A DNA stretch of 63,975 nt, filler included, from Reticulomyxa filosa (GCA_000512085.1; 21 parts of 21 records of this genome joined end to end with filler, not necessarily neighbours in it); one strand, 5' to 3'. Shown: positions 1-13,858, counted from the whole stretch's first letter. Notes: generated by a model from the sequence alone, not told the origin. Program-made: numbers and translations.

Positions 1-184
1 AATTAACATACTAACAGCAACTCCTTCATAAAAAGGGTAATATGCTTCGCCATTTCAAAATGAAAAATATCAAAAAAAATTAAAGATATCAAACAAAAAA
101 AGGACGACTAATAAAAAAAAAAAATAAAAAAATTAAAAATAAAATAAAAATAAAAATAAAAAATATAAAATAAAATTAAAATAT

Positions 185-313
185 ATAAACTACAAGATTT
201 GTAGATTTTTTTTAAATAAAAAAAATTAGGTCTAAATGTTGATTTTTCATTGAGAAAATCAATTATCATCATAAGATATGTTTTAGTCGTTCAGTTTTCT
301 TTGCAACATACTG
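185..313. mobile_element. Right terminal inverted repeat of a TA-flanked MITE; rest of element runs off the window start
   Basis: Ends ...ttgcaacatactg|TA. Its reverse complement matches 56787-56921 almost base for base and resembles the TIRs of 321-1360. Confidence 0.8.
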
Positions 314-320
314 TATATTA

Positions 321-1360
321 CAGCAGAATGCAAAAGAAAGCTGACACATAAAATGGCACATTATAAAGATAATTTATTTTATTCAAACATAATTTTTTTT
401 AAAGAAAAATATCTACTAATCATGTAGTTTTTAAACATGATTTTGCTTTTTTATAGATCTTTACTAATTGTTTCAAAAATTTGAATATTTATTGATTTTT
501 CAAAATTTTTGATAAAAAGTTGACAATCGTGACTGCATCGTGCAATGAAATTGCCAACTTTTTAAAAGCAGTTTAAAAAATGTTCAACAGTAATACCTCC
601 CGCCATTTTATTTTTAAAAAAACAAGATTTCGTAATGAAAACGAATAAACAAAATTTGTTGAAAAAATGTGTTAATAATAAAAATCATTAATATAGTTAA
701 AAAAATAAAAATAAATGACAATAAAGCCGTTTTTATGTTAAGAATATTATAATTTAAGTGAACTTTTCAAATTTGATTTTTAATTTTTTTTTTTATTTTT
801 TGTTTTTTTTGCCATCATTTGTCAATTTTTTAGCTTGTAATTTAATAATTACTTATTTTTTTACATAGCCTATCTTTACTCAAGCGCTACTGTCAATAAT
901 AACAAATATGCGTTGCTTAAATAAATCAAACAAGAACTTTCAAAAATTTTTTTTTCCAAAGTAAACATCATCTTGGTTATTGTAACCATTTTAGAAAATA
1001 TAAAAGAACATAAACAATAATTCTAATTAATACTGCAAATGTAAAACAAAAAACTAATAAAAAAAAGCACAAACGCAGTCAAAAAACAACAAAAATCGCA
1101 AAAATTTGAAAAAAATTGTCAAAAACCTTAAAAAGTAAGTCATTCTTTATTAAAACGAAAATTCTGTCGAAAAAATTATTTAAATTTTTGAAACAATTAG
1201 TAAAGATTTCTAAAAACCAAAATCATATTTAAAAACTACATGACTAGCAGATATTTTTCTTTTTAAAAAAATTATGTTTGAGTGTTGTTTTTTCATGAAG
1301 AAAATCAATTATCTTTATAATGTGCCATTTTAGGTGTCAACTTTCTTTTGTGTTCTACTG
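321..1360. mobile_element. Complete non-autonomous Tc1/mariner-like element (MITE), about 1040 bp
   Basis: Imperfect TIRs at about 321-482 and 1182-1360 (cagcagaatgcaaaagaaagctgacacataaaatggcacattataaagataatt versus its reverse complement). TA flanks both sides (319-320, 1361-1362). No internal ORF. Confidence 0.85.
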
Positions 1361-2079
1361 TATATGTTTATATGTGGACAACGTTGATGTATATGTTGAT
1401 AATTTTTTATTGTAATGTATTCTGAAAAACTAATTTGCAAGTATTCACTGGATTTAAGCGTTATTTAAAATATAATTTAAGATTGTATATTTACACTTGC
1501 GAGTTTTGCAAAAAAATCATATTTATGTGTTTCATTTTGCTTACTGAATTGGATAGCTTTTTTAATAAACCTTTAATTTCGTTACTTTTATCAACAAAAA
1601 TATCAAATTTTTTCATATTTGGATTAATTAAAATGATTATCAATGGCTTGCCATTGAGGGGACAGCTAGCGTATGCACTGAATGTTCTTAACTTACGTTT
1701 AAAAAATCTTCAGCTGATAATTTTTTATCTTCAAAATGGGCTGTTCTCAAAAAATGGTAGCTAAAAATGTGATTTGCTTGTATTCTTTTTTTTTACAAAT
1801 TTTTGGAAAACATAAATTTCAACATAAGTTGCCGTTTTGAAGTATTTGTGATGAGTAAAGAAAAAACTTGAATTTCTTCCATGAAACATATTCAACTTGA
1901 AATAAACCATGAAGTACAACCTCACAACACCACAAATCTCATCTGAAACGGAAAGTAATTGCTCGAAAGACTGTCCTTTGACCCACAACACAACAATCGT
2001 AATAACTCAACATAAAGTGTTGTTATTTTCAAGTGTTATTTTGAAACCAAAAAACAAAATAAACAAACATTAATAAAAG

Positions 2080-3144
2080 TTAATGCCAAGTATCATTGTC
2101 GCCAAAAGCTTCAAATCGTCGTCCAGTATGCAAATAAGCATACTCTTGAGTGACCTTATCGTCGACAAATAAGCGATATAAAAAGGGATGAATGGTTCCT
2201 TTCAAATAACTTTTGATAAATTCTCCTTGTGGAAAGATTATAAATGGCAAATTGGCGTACAAACCCTCAGCAATATGTTTACTTGCTTCTTCCACGGACA
2301 CTACATTGCTGTTAATGCGATGTTCTTTACACATTTTCGTTTCAATTTGATGTGGTGCAACATATGTTACCCAACATTCCAATATTTGCACTGACCACGT
2401 AAATCATCAGCAATGTAGCGCAATGCAGATTTCGTGGCTGTTTCACACATTTATTTTTATCATGTTATAGAAAACTCTCTTGCTCTCCCTTAGAAAAAAT
2501 CAATGAAGTTTTTTTTTTCACTCTGTCTGACCAGCATATGGGCCATTGTACGAAATTGAAGAATATCCTTGCATGTCTCCAATGATGGCAATGTGTCCAC
2601 CTCTCTTTTTTCTTTCTTGGAAATTAGCAATCATTGGTGTGATTACATTCATTGCGCCTAAAATGTTTGTCTTCACTGTGTCTCTGACCGAATTACAATA
2701 ATAAACATCTTTGATTGTGGATATGTTTACACCGGCATTTGCAATTACCAAATCGATTTGGTGTTGTTTGTCCATTTCGTCAATAAAAGATTTCATTTCT
2801 TCTTCGTTCGCCACGTTCACACATTTTGTTATGATTTTTCGTCCTTCTGATGCCTTTTTGCTGCTTTTGCAAACGTCTTCTAATTTTTGTAGTTTCGCCT
2901 CATTTGTTCCTGTTACTATTATCGTTTTCACATTCTCATTTTTTGAAAATTCTTGAACCAACCCAGCACCCAAGCCGTCACTTCCTCCTGTTATTAGAAC
3001 GGCCTTGAATTTGCTGCGGTTTTTCGACCCTTGCTTTTGGCCATATAAAAACACTAACACTGGAGATGCCACTACGATCAAAAGATCTAAAATGGCACGG
3101 ATAAGATGAAAACAAGTAAAATAAAACCAATCTACTAGAAACAT
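2080..3144 (-). CDS. Membrane-anchored short-chain dehydrogenase/reductase (SDR)
   Basis: N-terminal hydrophobic segment, TGGSDGLG, ANAG, and YAATK formed across a GT-AG intron (about 2437-2531). One frameshift at a G3 run near 2370. Confidence 0.85.
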
Positions 3145-3464
3145 GACCACAAAGCAAGTTACTATTGGCGAAAACCAAACGAAACCTTAATACCCCTACT
3201 TTTTTTTGAAAGGTATCGAGCGTTACAGTTTGTATCATTGCCACAAGCATCAATCCAGAAATAATTTCTGAATTAAAATTAAGCTATATTAATCACAAAA
3301 CGGCCCTTTAGAGGAAAATAGTAATTTAATTTTTCTACTGGGAAGAGTAGTTTTATTTATGCCTACTTCAAAACACAACGTTGTAATTCTTAAAAAGATT
3401 ACGTCAAAAGTGATTTTTTTGTTGTGCCTTTGTTTTGACGGTGGAACCCTTTAACTTTTTAAAA

Positions 3465-4753
3465 ATGCATCCGTTTGCTCTTCAGCAGCAAATTCGCGAA
3501 AATGCAACGGAGTTATACGATTCCTTGGCAGATTTGGAGAAATGGCAAAAAGAAATGACAAAAAAGGATGAAAAGTTGCAATCACAAAACAAGAAGGAAA
3601 AGATCGAACCAAACAAGACAATACCAAAAGAAACCAAAAACAAAACGAGTGAAAGCATAGCAAAGATAAAAAAAAGTGGTAACGAGTATTATCAACGAAA
3701 AGACTATAAAGCAGCGATAAAAGAGTATTCGAAAGGGATTGAAATAGATCCAAAAAATTATGTTTTATATTGCAACCGTGGTATGGCTCAATTACAGTGC
3801 AAGCAATTTGAGCAAGCGGAAAGCGACTGTAGTGAATGTATTCGACTAATTTCCATTGCAAAAAGTAATAAAAATCAAGAAAGAGATGGAAACCAACAAG
3901 AAGAAAATCCAGAGGCCGTGGAAATTAAAGCATATTACCGTCGAGGAGTGGCTCGAAAAAACTTGAGGCACTACGTATCGGCATTGGACGATTTTCGGCA
4001 AGCATTGACACTTTTGAACAACAAAAAAAAAGTGCAAAGGCGAATGAAAAAACACAAGACGATAGTTTGCGAAAATGTATTGAAACGGAGTTCGCTCAAC
4101 TTGGTCAGAAGTTGGAGATGAAGCGAATTGAAATTGCAGAAGTTTGGAGCGACCACAGCGACGACGAAAAAGTAGAGGCAGCTATAGATAGCTCTTTGAA
4201 GACAAGCCACGAAAAAAAAGAAGAGCCAAAAACGATAGTTCAATTGAAGGACCAAACTCCTTCTATGTCTGTGGTACAAGAAAAGTCGCAGTCTAATGAT
4301 AACTCCCCTCTGTCCGCATTTACGTATCCAAACACCTTTGGCGAATTTGAAAAACTTTGGAGTAAGGGCAAAAGAGAGGACAAAGGATGGAAGGCACAAG
4401 TACTCTTGCAAATGAATACGACCACGAAATACGGCATTGCAAATAAAGAAAACAAATCTGCTATCAACAGCAAAAGATGCAAGCAGTGGCATCAAGTCTT
4501 TGAAAACTTGCTAACTGACGAAATTTTTTCGGATATGATTGACTCCATTCACTATATTGCCATTCAATACGTAAACGAGAGAAAACAAGTGATTGAAATT
4601 TTAGATAGGTTGTCAAAAGTGCAAAGATTCGAAATGTTGGTCATGTTCCTTGACGATCAACGTATCTCAAAACTCAAACACATTCAAGAGTTATTTAAGA
4701 CAAGTGATGATGTTAAATACTCACAACAAATCCTTTCTCGCTATCTCACATGA
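3465..4753 (+). CDS. RPAP3: RPAP3/Spaghetti-like TPR co-chaperone of the R2TP complex
   Basis: N-terminus LQQQIRENATELYDSLADLEKW resembles RPAP3; TPR repeats follow; C-terminal RPAP3_C-like domain (PNTFGEFEKLW...LSKVQRFEMLVMFL). The two ORFs join by a frameshift in the A9 run at 4023-4031. Confidence 0.8.
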
Positions 4754-5651
4754 TAACATGGTCCTTAAACAAAATAACAAAAATAACTATACTATTCTTT
4801 TTTTATTTGCTTAAGTTTCCTTTTTTGCTATTAATTGTCGAAATTTTTTGCAGTCCTTCAATAATTTAACTTCAATCACTCAATGCTTCGAACAATCCGT
4901 AAAAACTGTATGCATACAATTTTAAAAATCTTCAAAGGTTTTACAGTAAACACTCACAGCTCACGCTTTTCAGTAGGATACATTTGGCAGACGACAAATG
5001 TGTCCTTTTTGCTACAACGAGAAAGTTAACAGTGAGTCATAGATGTTGTTCCTCCTTTCCGACAAAAAAGTGATAAGAGAGTTAATCCTCCGCTTTTATT
5101 ACAAATTATATTGGACGCAAGCAAATCGCTTTCGATATTAGTGAAAATGACCGCACAAACTGTCCTCGGCTTGTAAATGCAGTATAATACTGGTGACAAT
5201 CTTCGAGGTGTGGTATAAAAGTTTAGAAAAAGGTTTAAAGATCCTTTGACCGTCAATCTTTACAATATACCTACCTCACTGGATATGAAGGCATTTTGTA
5301 GTTGATGGTGTTGAAATCTACCTTTTTCACAAAAGCTTTTTTTTGCTGTTTTATAAGTTATTTTTTGTTGAAATAGCTGTCTGTTATTATATGAGTACAT
5401 TACCAAAAAAGATAACTCTCCTAAAAACTGCCTGTCTTGTAAGATAGTGAAATCGCGCAACTAAACTGAAAAAACTTGTATAGATTCGCATATTTTTGTT
5501 ATGATGCTTTCATTATGTTTGTGGAAAATATAAAGTTAAAGTAATGATTATCACGTAGTAAAGAAAACATTTGTGCTTTGAAAAATTCAATTTAAAGTCA
5601 CAAAGTTGATAACAATAGCTGCCATTATTTGTATTAAGGTTGTTTTTGCGT

Positions 5652-6658
5652 CTATTTGGGCCTTTTTCCAGGGTAGTGAATGCCAGTGTAGGCACAAGGC
5701 TCATCTGTTTCCTCATCATCTTTCTCATTGTCATTTTTTTCATTTTTTGTTTTGCTCTTTTTGCCTGCAACCGAATGTCTGGTTTTTCCCTTGTTGCCTT
5801 TTTTAGTATTTTGTTTTTCTGCTTCCTTAGTCTTTTTTTTCTTTGGATGTTTTGTCTTTTTTTCGTTTCGCTTTGTGTCATTTTCATTGTCGTTAGAAGT
5901 TTTATTATCATTGGTGTCACGGTTATTCGGTTTGTATTCGATGCTTTGCATGTTTTCATCCACGCCGTTGATCGTTTTTTGGACCAATTTATCATCTTCA
6001 TATTTTTCAATAGTTGTTTGGCCATTTCGTGTGATTGTATTGGTAGTGGTCTTGTGACCATTGATAATGTGTGTGGTTGTGGTTGTGCTTGCGGATATTA
6101 CGTTTCCTCCTCCACTACTGGTACTACTTGTGAATGTCATCATATTGCCAGGAAGCGATGAGAAACATGGGTCAAAAAATCTAAATGAGTTCATATATTG
6201 GTTTTGTATTCCTCTTTGTTCTTGCATACGGGAAAAGCCATGTCCAAAGATACCGAAAAATGGATCACCCGAAAATTCATTAAAAAAATAATTGAACAAT
6301 TCAAATGGATCAATATGTGGAAACTCACTTGATTCAAATGTTTTATTCAACGCATCATGACCACCTTGGTCATATATTTCCCGCTTTTGTGGGTCGCTCA
6401 ATATTTCATATGCCTAGCATTTTTATTGTTTATGGCACACATTATTAAGTTTTGGGAAGAACTTGCATATTAATTTTCAACCTACCTCGGATATTTCTTT
6501 AAATTTTTCGGTTGCTTCTTCAGCATTATTGGGATTTCTGTCAGGGTGGTATTGCAATGCGAGTTTGCGATAGGCTTTTTTAATTGCTTGCTCGTCAGCT
6601 TTTCGATCAATTCCTAATATCTCGTAGTAATCTTTTTTTTATTTGGCTGCCTTGCCAT
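5652..6658 (-). CDS. DnaJ/Hsp40 protein (DNAJB6/B2-like)
   Basis: J domain DYYEILG...[17 protein letters not shown]...FKEISE|AYEILSD with a GT-AG intron at about 6414-6485, then a G/F-rich region and S/T-rich C-terminus. Frameshift in the T8 run at about 6633-6640. Confidence 0.9.
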
Positions 6659-7314
6659 CAATAATTTCGTTCAAGTGATATTTGTAAGAAATGGATTATG
6701 ATTTTAGAACAAACGGGTTTTTGTGAATATTACAGATTTAAACTCAGGCAATAAGTTGTAAATCAGTCTTGGCTGTTTTCAAATAACATAAAACTGACAA
6801 ATGATAAGTAGCTATAAGAAATGAAAGATATTATATGCAAATAAAATAAGAGCAGTTTTTTTGTAAAATAAAGATATATTTTAAGCGCATATTTTGTGTT
6901 CGAAATAATTTGATATGTAAAACTAGTATGGTCTAGCTCTTAAGTAAATTTCAAATATGACTCAATCATCACAAAGATCAAATAAGCATATATAAGCAAT
7001 GTGAATGGATATTGATAATATTACAAACAATAAAGTAAAGAAGATGATATTATCAGAAAATGATGAAATCTATCAAGTGAAACGAGAAAAACAATAAATA
7101 ACATTTATAAATGTAATTACAAGCGCAAATAAAGAAAAACGTTTAATTGAATAATCATGGAGCACAAGGATAACACAAACATACTTTAATATGAATTGTA
7201 CAGAAAAATCATTCAAGTAATTCGATTTGTAAGCCAACAGAAAATAAGATAGAACGCATTCTTACAAAAGAAAACGTCAATATACAAATTAAAAAGAAAT
7301 ATGACAACAAAACT

Positions 7315-7414
7315 NNNNNNNNNNNNNNNNNNNNNNNNNNNNNNNNNNNNNNNNNNNNTTAATTAATTAANNNNNNNNNNNNNNNNNNNNNNNNNNNNNN
7401 NNNNNNNNNNNNNN
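7315..7414. other. Artificial contig linker (first of 20)
   Basis: N44-TTAATTAATTAA-N44, with stops in all six frames. Others start at 11882, 13687, 16695, 18002, 19567, 22364, 26398, 29149, 30268, 33875, 38100, 44616, 46151, 49439, 55617, 56922, 58497, 60147 and 62413. Confidence 0.98.
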
Positions 7415-8704
7415 TGTATCACACTCATATTGTGACATACTTTAGTTTTTTTTTTTTTTTTTTTTAAGCAGATATTGAAACCGTTGGAACGTCTTCCAAA
7501 CAAATTGTTTTCATGGCTCAAATGAACATTGTGCTGATAATTTTTCTTTGTCCTTTTTTTGTGTGTGTGTGAGCGGGTGTTTTTTTGTCTAGTCTGTCAA
7601 GATCGTTATGTTGTTGCAAAACCAGCATAGTGTTGTGTAAAGTACTTGCAATTTGTGTTTTCTGTTGTCCCTTTGTTTATTGGCTTCTTTGTTTTCTTTG
7701 CTTTGCTTTGCTTTTTTTTTTTTTTTAGTCGTATGGATCTTTTTTTCTCTCTTTCTTTTCTTCTCTTTTTTTAAATGAATTTTTGGATGTTGTTCTCTCC
7801 TTTCTTTTTGTTTTTCTTTTGCTTTTTTTTTTCTGGGTCCTCGGTTCCCGTGATAGAAATCATTTTGGTTGAAACAAACAAAAATGGGGGACGAGTTCAA
7901 AAAAAAAAAAGTGTAAGACGTGGCTCTTTTATTGTTTTCATGTAAACAACATTTGCTTTCTTTTTTTCAAAAACAAAAGCAAAAAGGAGTTCATTAATGT
8001 CCAATTTTAACTGTTGAACGGACTGGTAATATCGCGTTTGTTATCTTTAATGTTCTTGAAACCCTTTACTACTATTGTTTATTGGTGCAGTACAAATACA
8101 AAGATAAACCACAACAATCGTCAAAATGTGTAATGACATACAATAATCAAGTTTTAAAAGATATGATATAATCTCAAAAATTCATTTGTATATGTTATCC
8201 TTTACCCAAATGCATCTCCAAAAGAAGTATAAGAATAAGCTGACTTTCAATAACTTGTTAAAGATGTATTTTGTTTTTATGATTGAACGACAAATTTTTT
8301 GTAAAAAAGCTAAAGATAGAAACCATTAAATTTTGAATGAATAATATAGTTGTTACGGTAAAATCTTCCTTTGAAGCGATGTTTATACAACTTTTAAAAC
8401 TTCAAACATTTGCACGCTCAGTTTAAGAGAACTGAAGTTACAAAATTTTCACTAAAAGTGGTTTCATGAAAATGCTTGGAAAAATGACAAGGTGATCAAT
8501 AACCTGACATCTATTGTTTGCTCAGAGGGATAAAAAAATTTAAAGTTCAGTTGCAAGTTTTCGAGTTTAACTTAGAGCCAATGAAAATTTTTTATTGCTT
8601 TTTTTTATCCATGACCTAAACATCTCTAAAAAGACTTTTTATTTTTTTTACATTTGCTTTGAAAGAGTATGGAAAAAACATCGTGATGTCATCCAAATTA
8701 TTTT

Positions 8705-11700
8705 ATGCTGACAATAATCACTTTAAAAAATTCAACTTTTTTAAAAATGACAAGCAATATTCTAACTTCACCAAATTTGCAACCTACAAAATATGTGGAA
8801 GTGCGACAGGATCTCAATGAAGACAAATGTAACGAAAATAAAAAAAAGCAAGAAATATTCCTCAACAACTTGCCCAAGATATCATTAGTTTCTATTAGAC
8901 GATTATCAGAGACTATACTACCATCAACAACCACAGTTAAAAGTAGAAAACCGCATGTTAGTGCGTCCAAAAGTACGACCATTTCATTAAAGTGCAAGCC
9001 TGTTATCATAGAAACAAAGTATGTATACATTTGCAATACAAAAAATTAGCTTCGAAGTTTTTTACATTTTCGTGCAAAAAAAATAGTAAGCAAACAATAG
9101 ATGAACAGCCACCAGAAGAAAAAGTGATTCAAACATATATTCAATCCAAAAAGCAACGTTCAGATCAACTGTCAAACAATGACATAGAGCTGTCTGCTGG
9201 TTCAAAGAATGACGACGACAGTTTGGAACACAAAAATTCTGACAGTCACAACACACAAAAGACAGAAATAGTTTCGCCAATCTTTAATTTCCTTTTGTTT
9301 TTATAATTAGAAAGATAGTTTTTAAATAAGTGTTCTAATTGTATTACCCCTTTTTGTTTTTTTAAAAAGAAAACAAAGAAAACTCACACGTCAATATTTC
9401 CCAACTTGGAAGATGAGAACGTTTCAGCTGTATTGTACGGGGTTAAATCAAATATTTTTTTCAAAACAAGGCAAAGCTTAGTCGATTTAATAAACGAACA
9501 ACACATCATTACATGCTTTCAAAATGATTCCCAATGGAAAAATGATCCAAATATACTCGATAACGAAAAGTATTGTCAATTGTTTTTTGCATTCAATTTA
9601 AAATTTAAATTATATTTGACAGTCATGTTAACGTTAGTGGACCTGCCATGGATCTTAGGAAATGTTGATTCTACTATTAATAGCATCTTACTTAAAACAA
9701 TAAGGTTGAAAAATTTCTATCTTTGCAATTATAACTAAAAAAATATTTGAACATTTTATCTTTAAACTCTCCACAAAACCATTTGTTTTGTTGTTTTGAA
9801 ATAATGAACCTAGCTATATTACTGCTATATGCGGATGTATATCAATATGCTATTTATTCTATTTATCAAAGCTATATAAAAAAAAAAAGAACTCTTTGCA
9901 GTTGAAAAACGGAAGAAACTGGAACAAAAAAGAAAGAAAAAAGAAAACAAAGATGAAAATAATTTAAATGTTCTTGTTGAATCTCGACTACCTCTACACA
10001 CTGCAGAGAATATCTTTTGGTTCTACTTGTTCTGCTCAACACTGAGAATGATACTTATTGGTTGTTACACTGGACATATTTTTCAGTTACAGCAAAGCGA
10101 TAAGTATTCTGTTTGTCTTTTGGGCTTTATAAATTTTGAAAGTGATTGTCTGTTTTAAATCAGATTGCAAGACACACTATTGATTTATTCATTATTATTT
10201 TTGTCATACTTGTGGTACCAATTTAAATATTTAAAATACCGAAACGTTGCAATGGTAATAATTGCAAACGCACTATATTTTATCAAAGTAACTCTTAATG
10301 AAAATGATAAAGATATGTGGAAAGATATTTTATACTCATGCATTGTATTTAATTGTGGAATTTTGTCAATGATAAAGAGCTTTTATTTTGCTACTAAACA
10401 ACAATTACAAACCATGATTGATGATGTATCTAATCACGCACAATTGCGTGTGGAGCGAATAGAACATACTCGCATTATGAACAGCTTAATGCCAGCTCCA
10501 GTTACAGAACAGATTCTACTTAGAGGAGATGTTCCTATTTACACAAGAGACGTGACTATTGGTTTTGTTTATTTCACCTTTTACCACAAAGGCACTATGG
10601 AAAAAATTAAGGACAATTCCCCATTTGTGGAGGTTTTGCATTACCTTGTCATCAACTTTGATAAAGGTTAAGAATACTTTATTTCTTTCGCGTTCAACTC
10701 AATTGAATTTCCCCTTTTCTTTTCCCACCTTTTTTTAAAAATCTTGCATGTCAACTTTACGTCTTGTACTTTGAGCTGATGTAAAAAATAAAAGAAATTA
10801 AACAATGGGAGTTTGACGTAGTCAAAATTGAGCATGTTGGAAATGCGTACCTTGTATGCGGTGGTATAATGTCCCCAAACAAGTCTTTCAACCATGCAGA
10901 AGCAAGTTTCGAACTATATTTTAACTCTTTGACTTTTTTTACACATTAAAAAAAACAACACGAGTGAATGTAACAACAACAAAAAAAGTACTTCGTTTGG
11001 GATTAAGATTTCGTCGAATCGTGGATAAAGTTAACGTAAAATTGCATATACACAGCGAATTAACAATGGGAATTCACACCGGTCCAGCGATTGGGACAAT
11101 TATTGGAACAACCCGAAAATTCTTTCGAATTTTCGGAGACACTGTAAACACTGCATCCCGGGTGTGTACAACGGGATTGGAAGGATGCATACAAGCCTCA
11201 CAGCAAACATATGGTTTGTGTATCACAATACATACATTCACTATACAAAAAAAAGCAAATCAAAACAACAACAACAACAAATAAGTGTATATTCGCTTTT
11301 GTACTTGTCAGATTTCGGCGGAGTTTCGCGATCCTTTGATTGGCTTGTTCGAGGCGACATTCAAATGAAAGGAAAAGGAAACATTCGCACATACATCGTA
11401 CGTAGACTAAGTTACAATACAATACGTATACGTACATACGTATATAGACCACAAACAAACACGGCTTATTATTATTATTATTACTATTATCCACTTTTGA
11501 TAATATTTTTTTTTTTTGCTATTTGTTTGAAAAAAAGAAGATGAAGACAATGAAAATACATTATTGTCGACATCGTCATGGATAAAAAGACATATCCGAC
11601 ACAAAACTACGGATAATGCGAATTTGTTAGAAATGAACTTTTACCAATTTCTGAATTCCGAAGATACGCATGCTAATCCGTTTACGCTGCGTTTCCCGGC

Positions 11701-11881
11701 ACCAACACACACTCACCCAGATAATACATTTTTAATGAAATTCAGTACACTTTTTGTCGGTTCCAAATTCAAACACTCTGTTTCATCAAGTATCACCCCT
11801 TCTTATGGTCGATTTTCTACTGTTCAAATCAAGTTTTGCATTTTTTTTTTTTTTTTGTCCCTTTTTTTTTTTTTTTTTTTT
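8705..11881 (+). CDS. Multi-pass membrane class III nucleotide cyclase, probably guanylyl; 3' truncated, multi-exon
   Basis: TM segments, then IMNSLMP, DVTIGFVYF, VKIEHVGNAYLVCGG, MGIHTGP, IFGDTVNTASR and RGDIQMKGKGNIRTY. The 5' exon structure is uncertain. Confidence 0.85.
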
Positions 11882-11981
11882 NNNNNNNNNNNNNNNNNNN
11901 NNNNNNNNNNNNNNNNNNNNNNNNNTTAATTAATTAANNNNNNNNNNNNNNNNNNNNNNNNNNNNNNNNNNNNNNNNNNNN

Positions 11982-12152
11982 GCTCAACAGCAAGTGCGCC
12001 TTGAATGAGCTGAACATTATCGACTGCCATTTGGACAAGGTCATGTTGCAATTGTTAACTCCTGCATTCAATTGCATCCAGTTGCGGACCATTCGAATCA
12101 CAAACTGTTTTTGAATAACAAGGTTGAACAAACGAAGAAAATATTATATATG

Positions 12153-12202
<50 letters not shown>

Positions 12203-13686
12203 GTATATTATTAAAAAAAAAAGGCTTGCCAAACACTTTGCAATGCATTGGAAGAAAGTGGACAGTACGCAACACTGAATCATATAAATATAAGTAAGAA
12301 TCACTTTGGACAAGTAGGGAGTCAGGCATTGGGGTCACTATTGAGTAAGTGCAAATCGCTGTTGGGACTGATTGTGACGGATGGGGATATCGAGGGCAAT
12401 GAGCTGTTGCCGGCGTTGAATCCCAACAGCAATAACAACGACAAGAACAACCATCACTCGCATTGGGACTCATTGTCGTACTTGGACTTGAGTGGCAACA
12501 ACATTGGGGACTCGGGGAGTGTGGCCTTGGGACTGTTTTTGGAGCATAGTCAGGCAGTCAACGGCGTGAAGTTGTCGCGTTGCAATTTGAGCGTAGTGCA
12601 GTTACAAAACATTTTGCACGGTGCAATGTGTAATACGAATGGTTTCGATAGTGACCTGTTTCAACCCAATCAATTTGTTTTGGAACGTGTGAACAAGAAT
12701 GGGTTTGAAAAAGACGACAACATGTTGCTCTCTTCGCCATCTGCCTTAATGGCATCATCATCATCATCGTCATCATCATCATCATCATCATCATCAACAG
12801 GACCTTCATCACCACTGGCATCCATAGCGGCGTCATCGTCGTCGTCACCGCAACTGTTATCCCAAAAGCGCAAATCACTGAAAGCGTCATCCAGTTCGAA
12901 CAATGTGTTGGCACAGACGGCGATGAAATCGGCGATGGCATTGACAAAGCCACTGAAGCGTCCTACACAAACAGACATAATGCTCGCAACCAATCTGCTA
13001 TGCATCTCGTTGGATCTGAGCGACAACAATCTCAGCAGCAAAGGCGCCGAGGTGATCGTACAGGAGCTGACGACGCGTGAAAACTACACCATTGTGAGCT
13101 TGAATATCGCGAAGAACAACTTCAGCGTGAACGAGCTGTGCAGCATCATTCGAAGCTTGAGCAATCTGGCGTGCTTGGAGCGCGTGTGCTTGAACGACAA
13201 CGTGCGACGAGGCACCTTTGGCAAAAACGCGGATGCCAAAGGGGAGATTGGACAGGCACTTTCGTATTTGTGTCGCAACGTGCCGACGTTGAATGAAGTT
13301 GCGATCACCGGCAACGACAAGCAGTCGTATTACGTGGACCAAGGACTGGCGCCGTGGATCGAGTCGCTTCCATATTTGAGCAATTTGGAGTTTATCGATA
13401 TCAGTGGCAACAAGCTTGGATTGTGCAACAACGGCCAGCTGTGGAACTTTGTTATTGAAAACATTAGCAAAAATCGCTTCCTGCGAGTCATCAAGTTCTT
13501 TGGCAATCGGCTGTCCGCGGAGCAAATGGCCTTCACTTTGCAGTCTTTGTCGTCACATCATAGCATTTTCGAAAAGCTGTCCAAGCAAGAAGTGCAAAAG
13601 CTGTCCGTCAAACATAAAAAACATGCCGACGTGCTTCAACAAACCTTTGAAAATGCAAAGAAGCAATTTAAAGAAAATCGAGTGCA
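11982..13686 (+). CDS. Leucine-rich repeat protein (RI-like/CARMIL-like), internal fragment
   Basis: Repeated LxxLDLSxNxI units, a poly-Ser insert, and an intron at about 12124-12223. Open at both contig ends. Confidence 0.8.
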
Positions 13687-13858
13687 NNNNNNNNNNNNNN
13701 NNNNNNNNNNNNNNNNNNNNNNNNNNNNNNTTAATTAATTAANNNNNNNNNNNNNNNNNNNNNNNNNNNNNNNNNNNNNNNNNNNNTTGCAAACATTATA
13801 TACAACACACGACCTTTTTTTTTTTTCGCAATTTTATAAAAAATTGTGATGTGTGATA

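Noticed and set aside
1435-1991. ORFs 1435-1764 and 1761-1991
   Set aside because: AT-rich, F/L/I/K-biased, no motifs; likely chance ORFs.
5513-6291. Several overlapping ORFs around the DnaJ gene
   Set aside because: Shadow frames of a low-complexity K/E/T-rich coding region.
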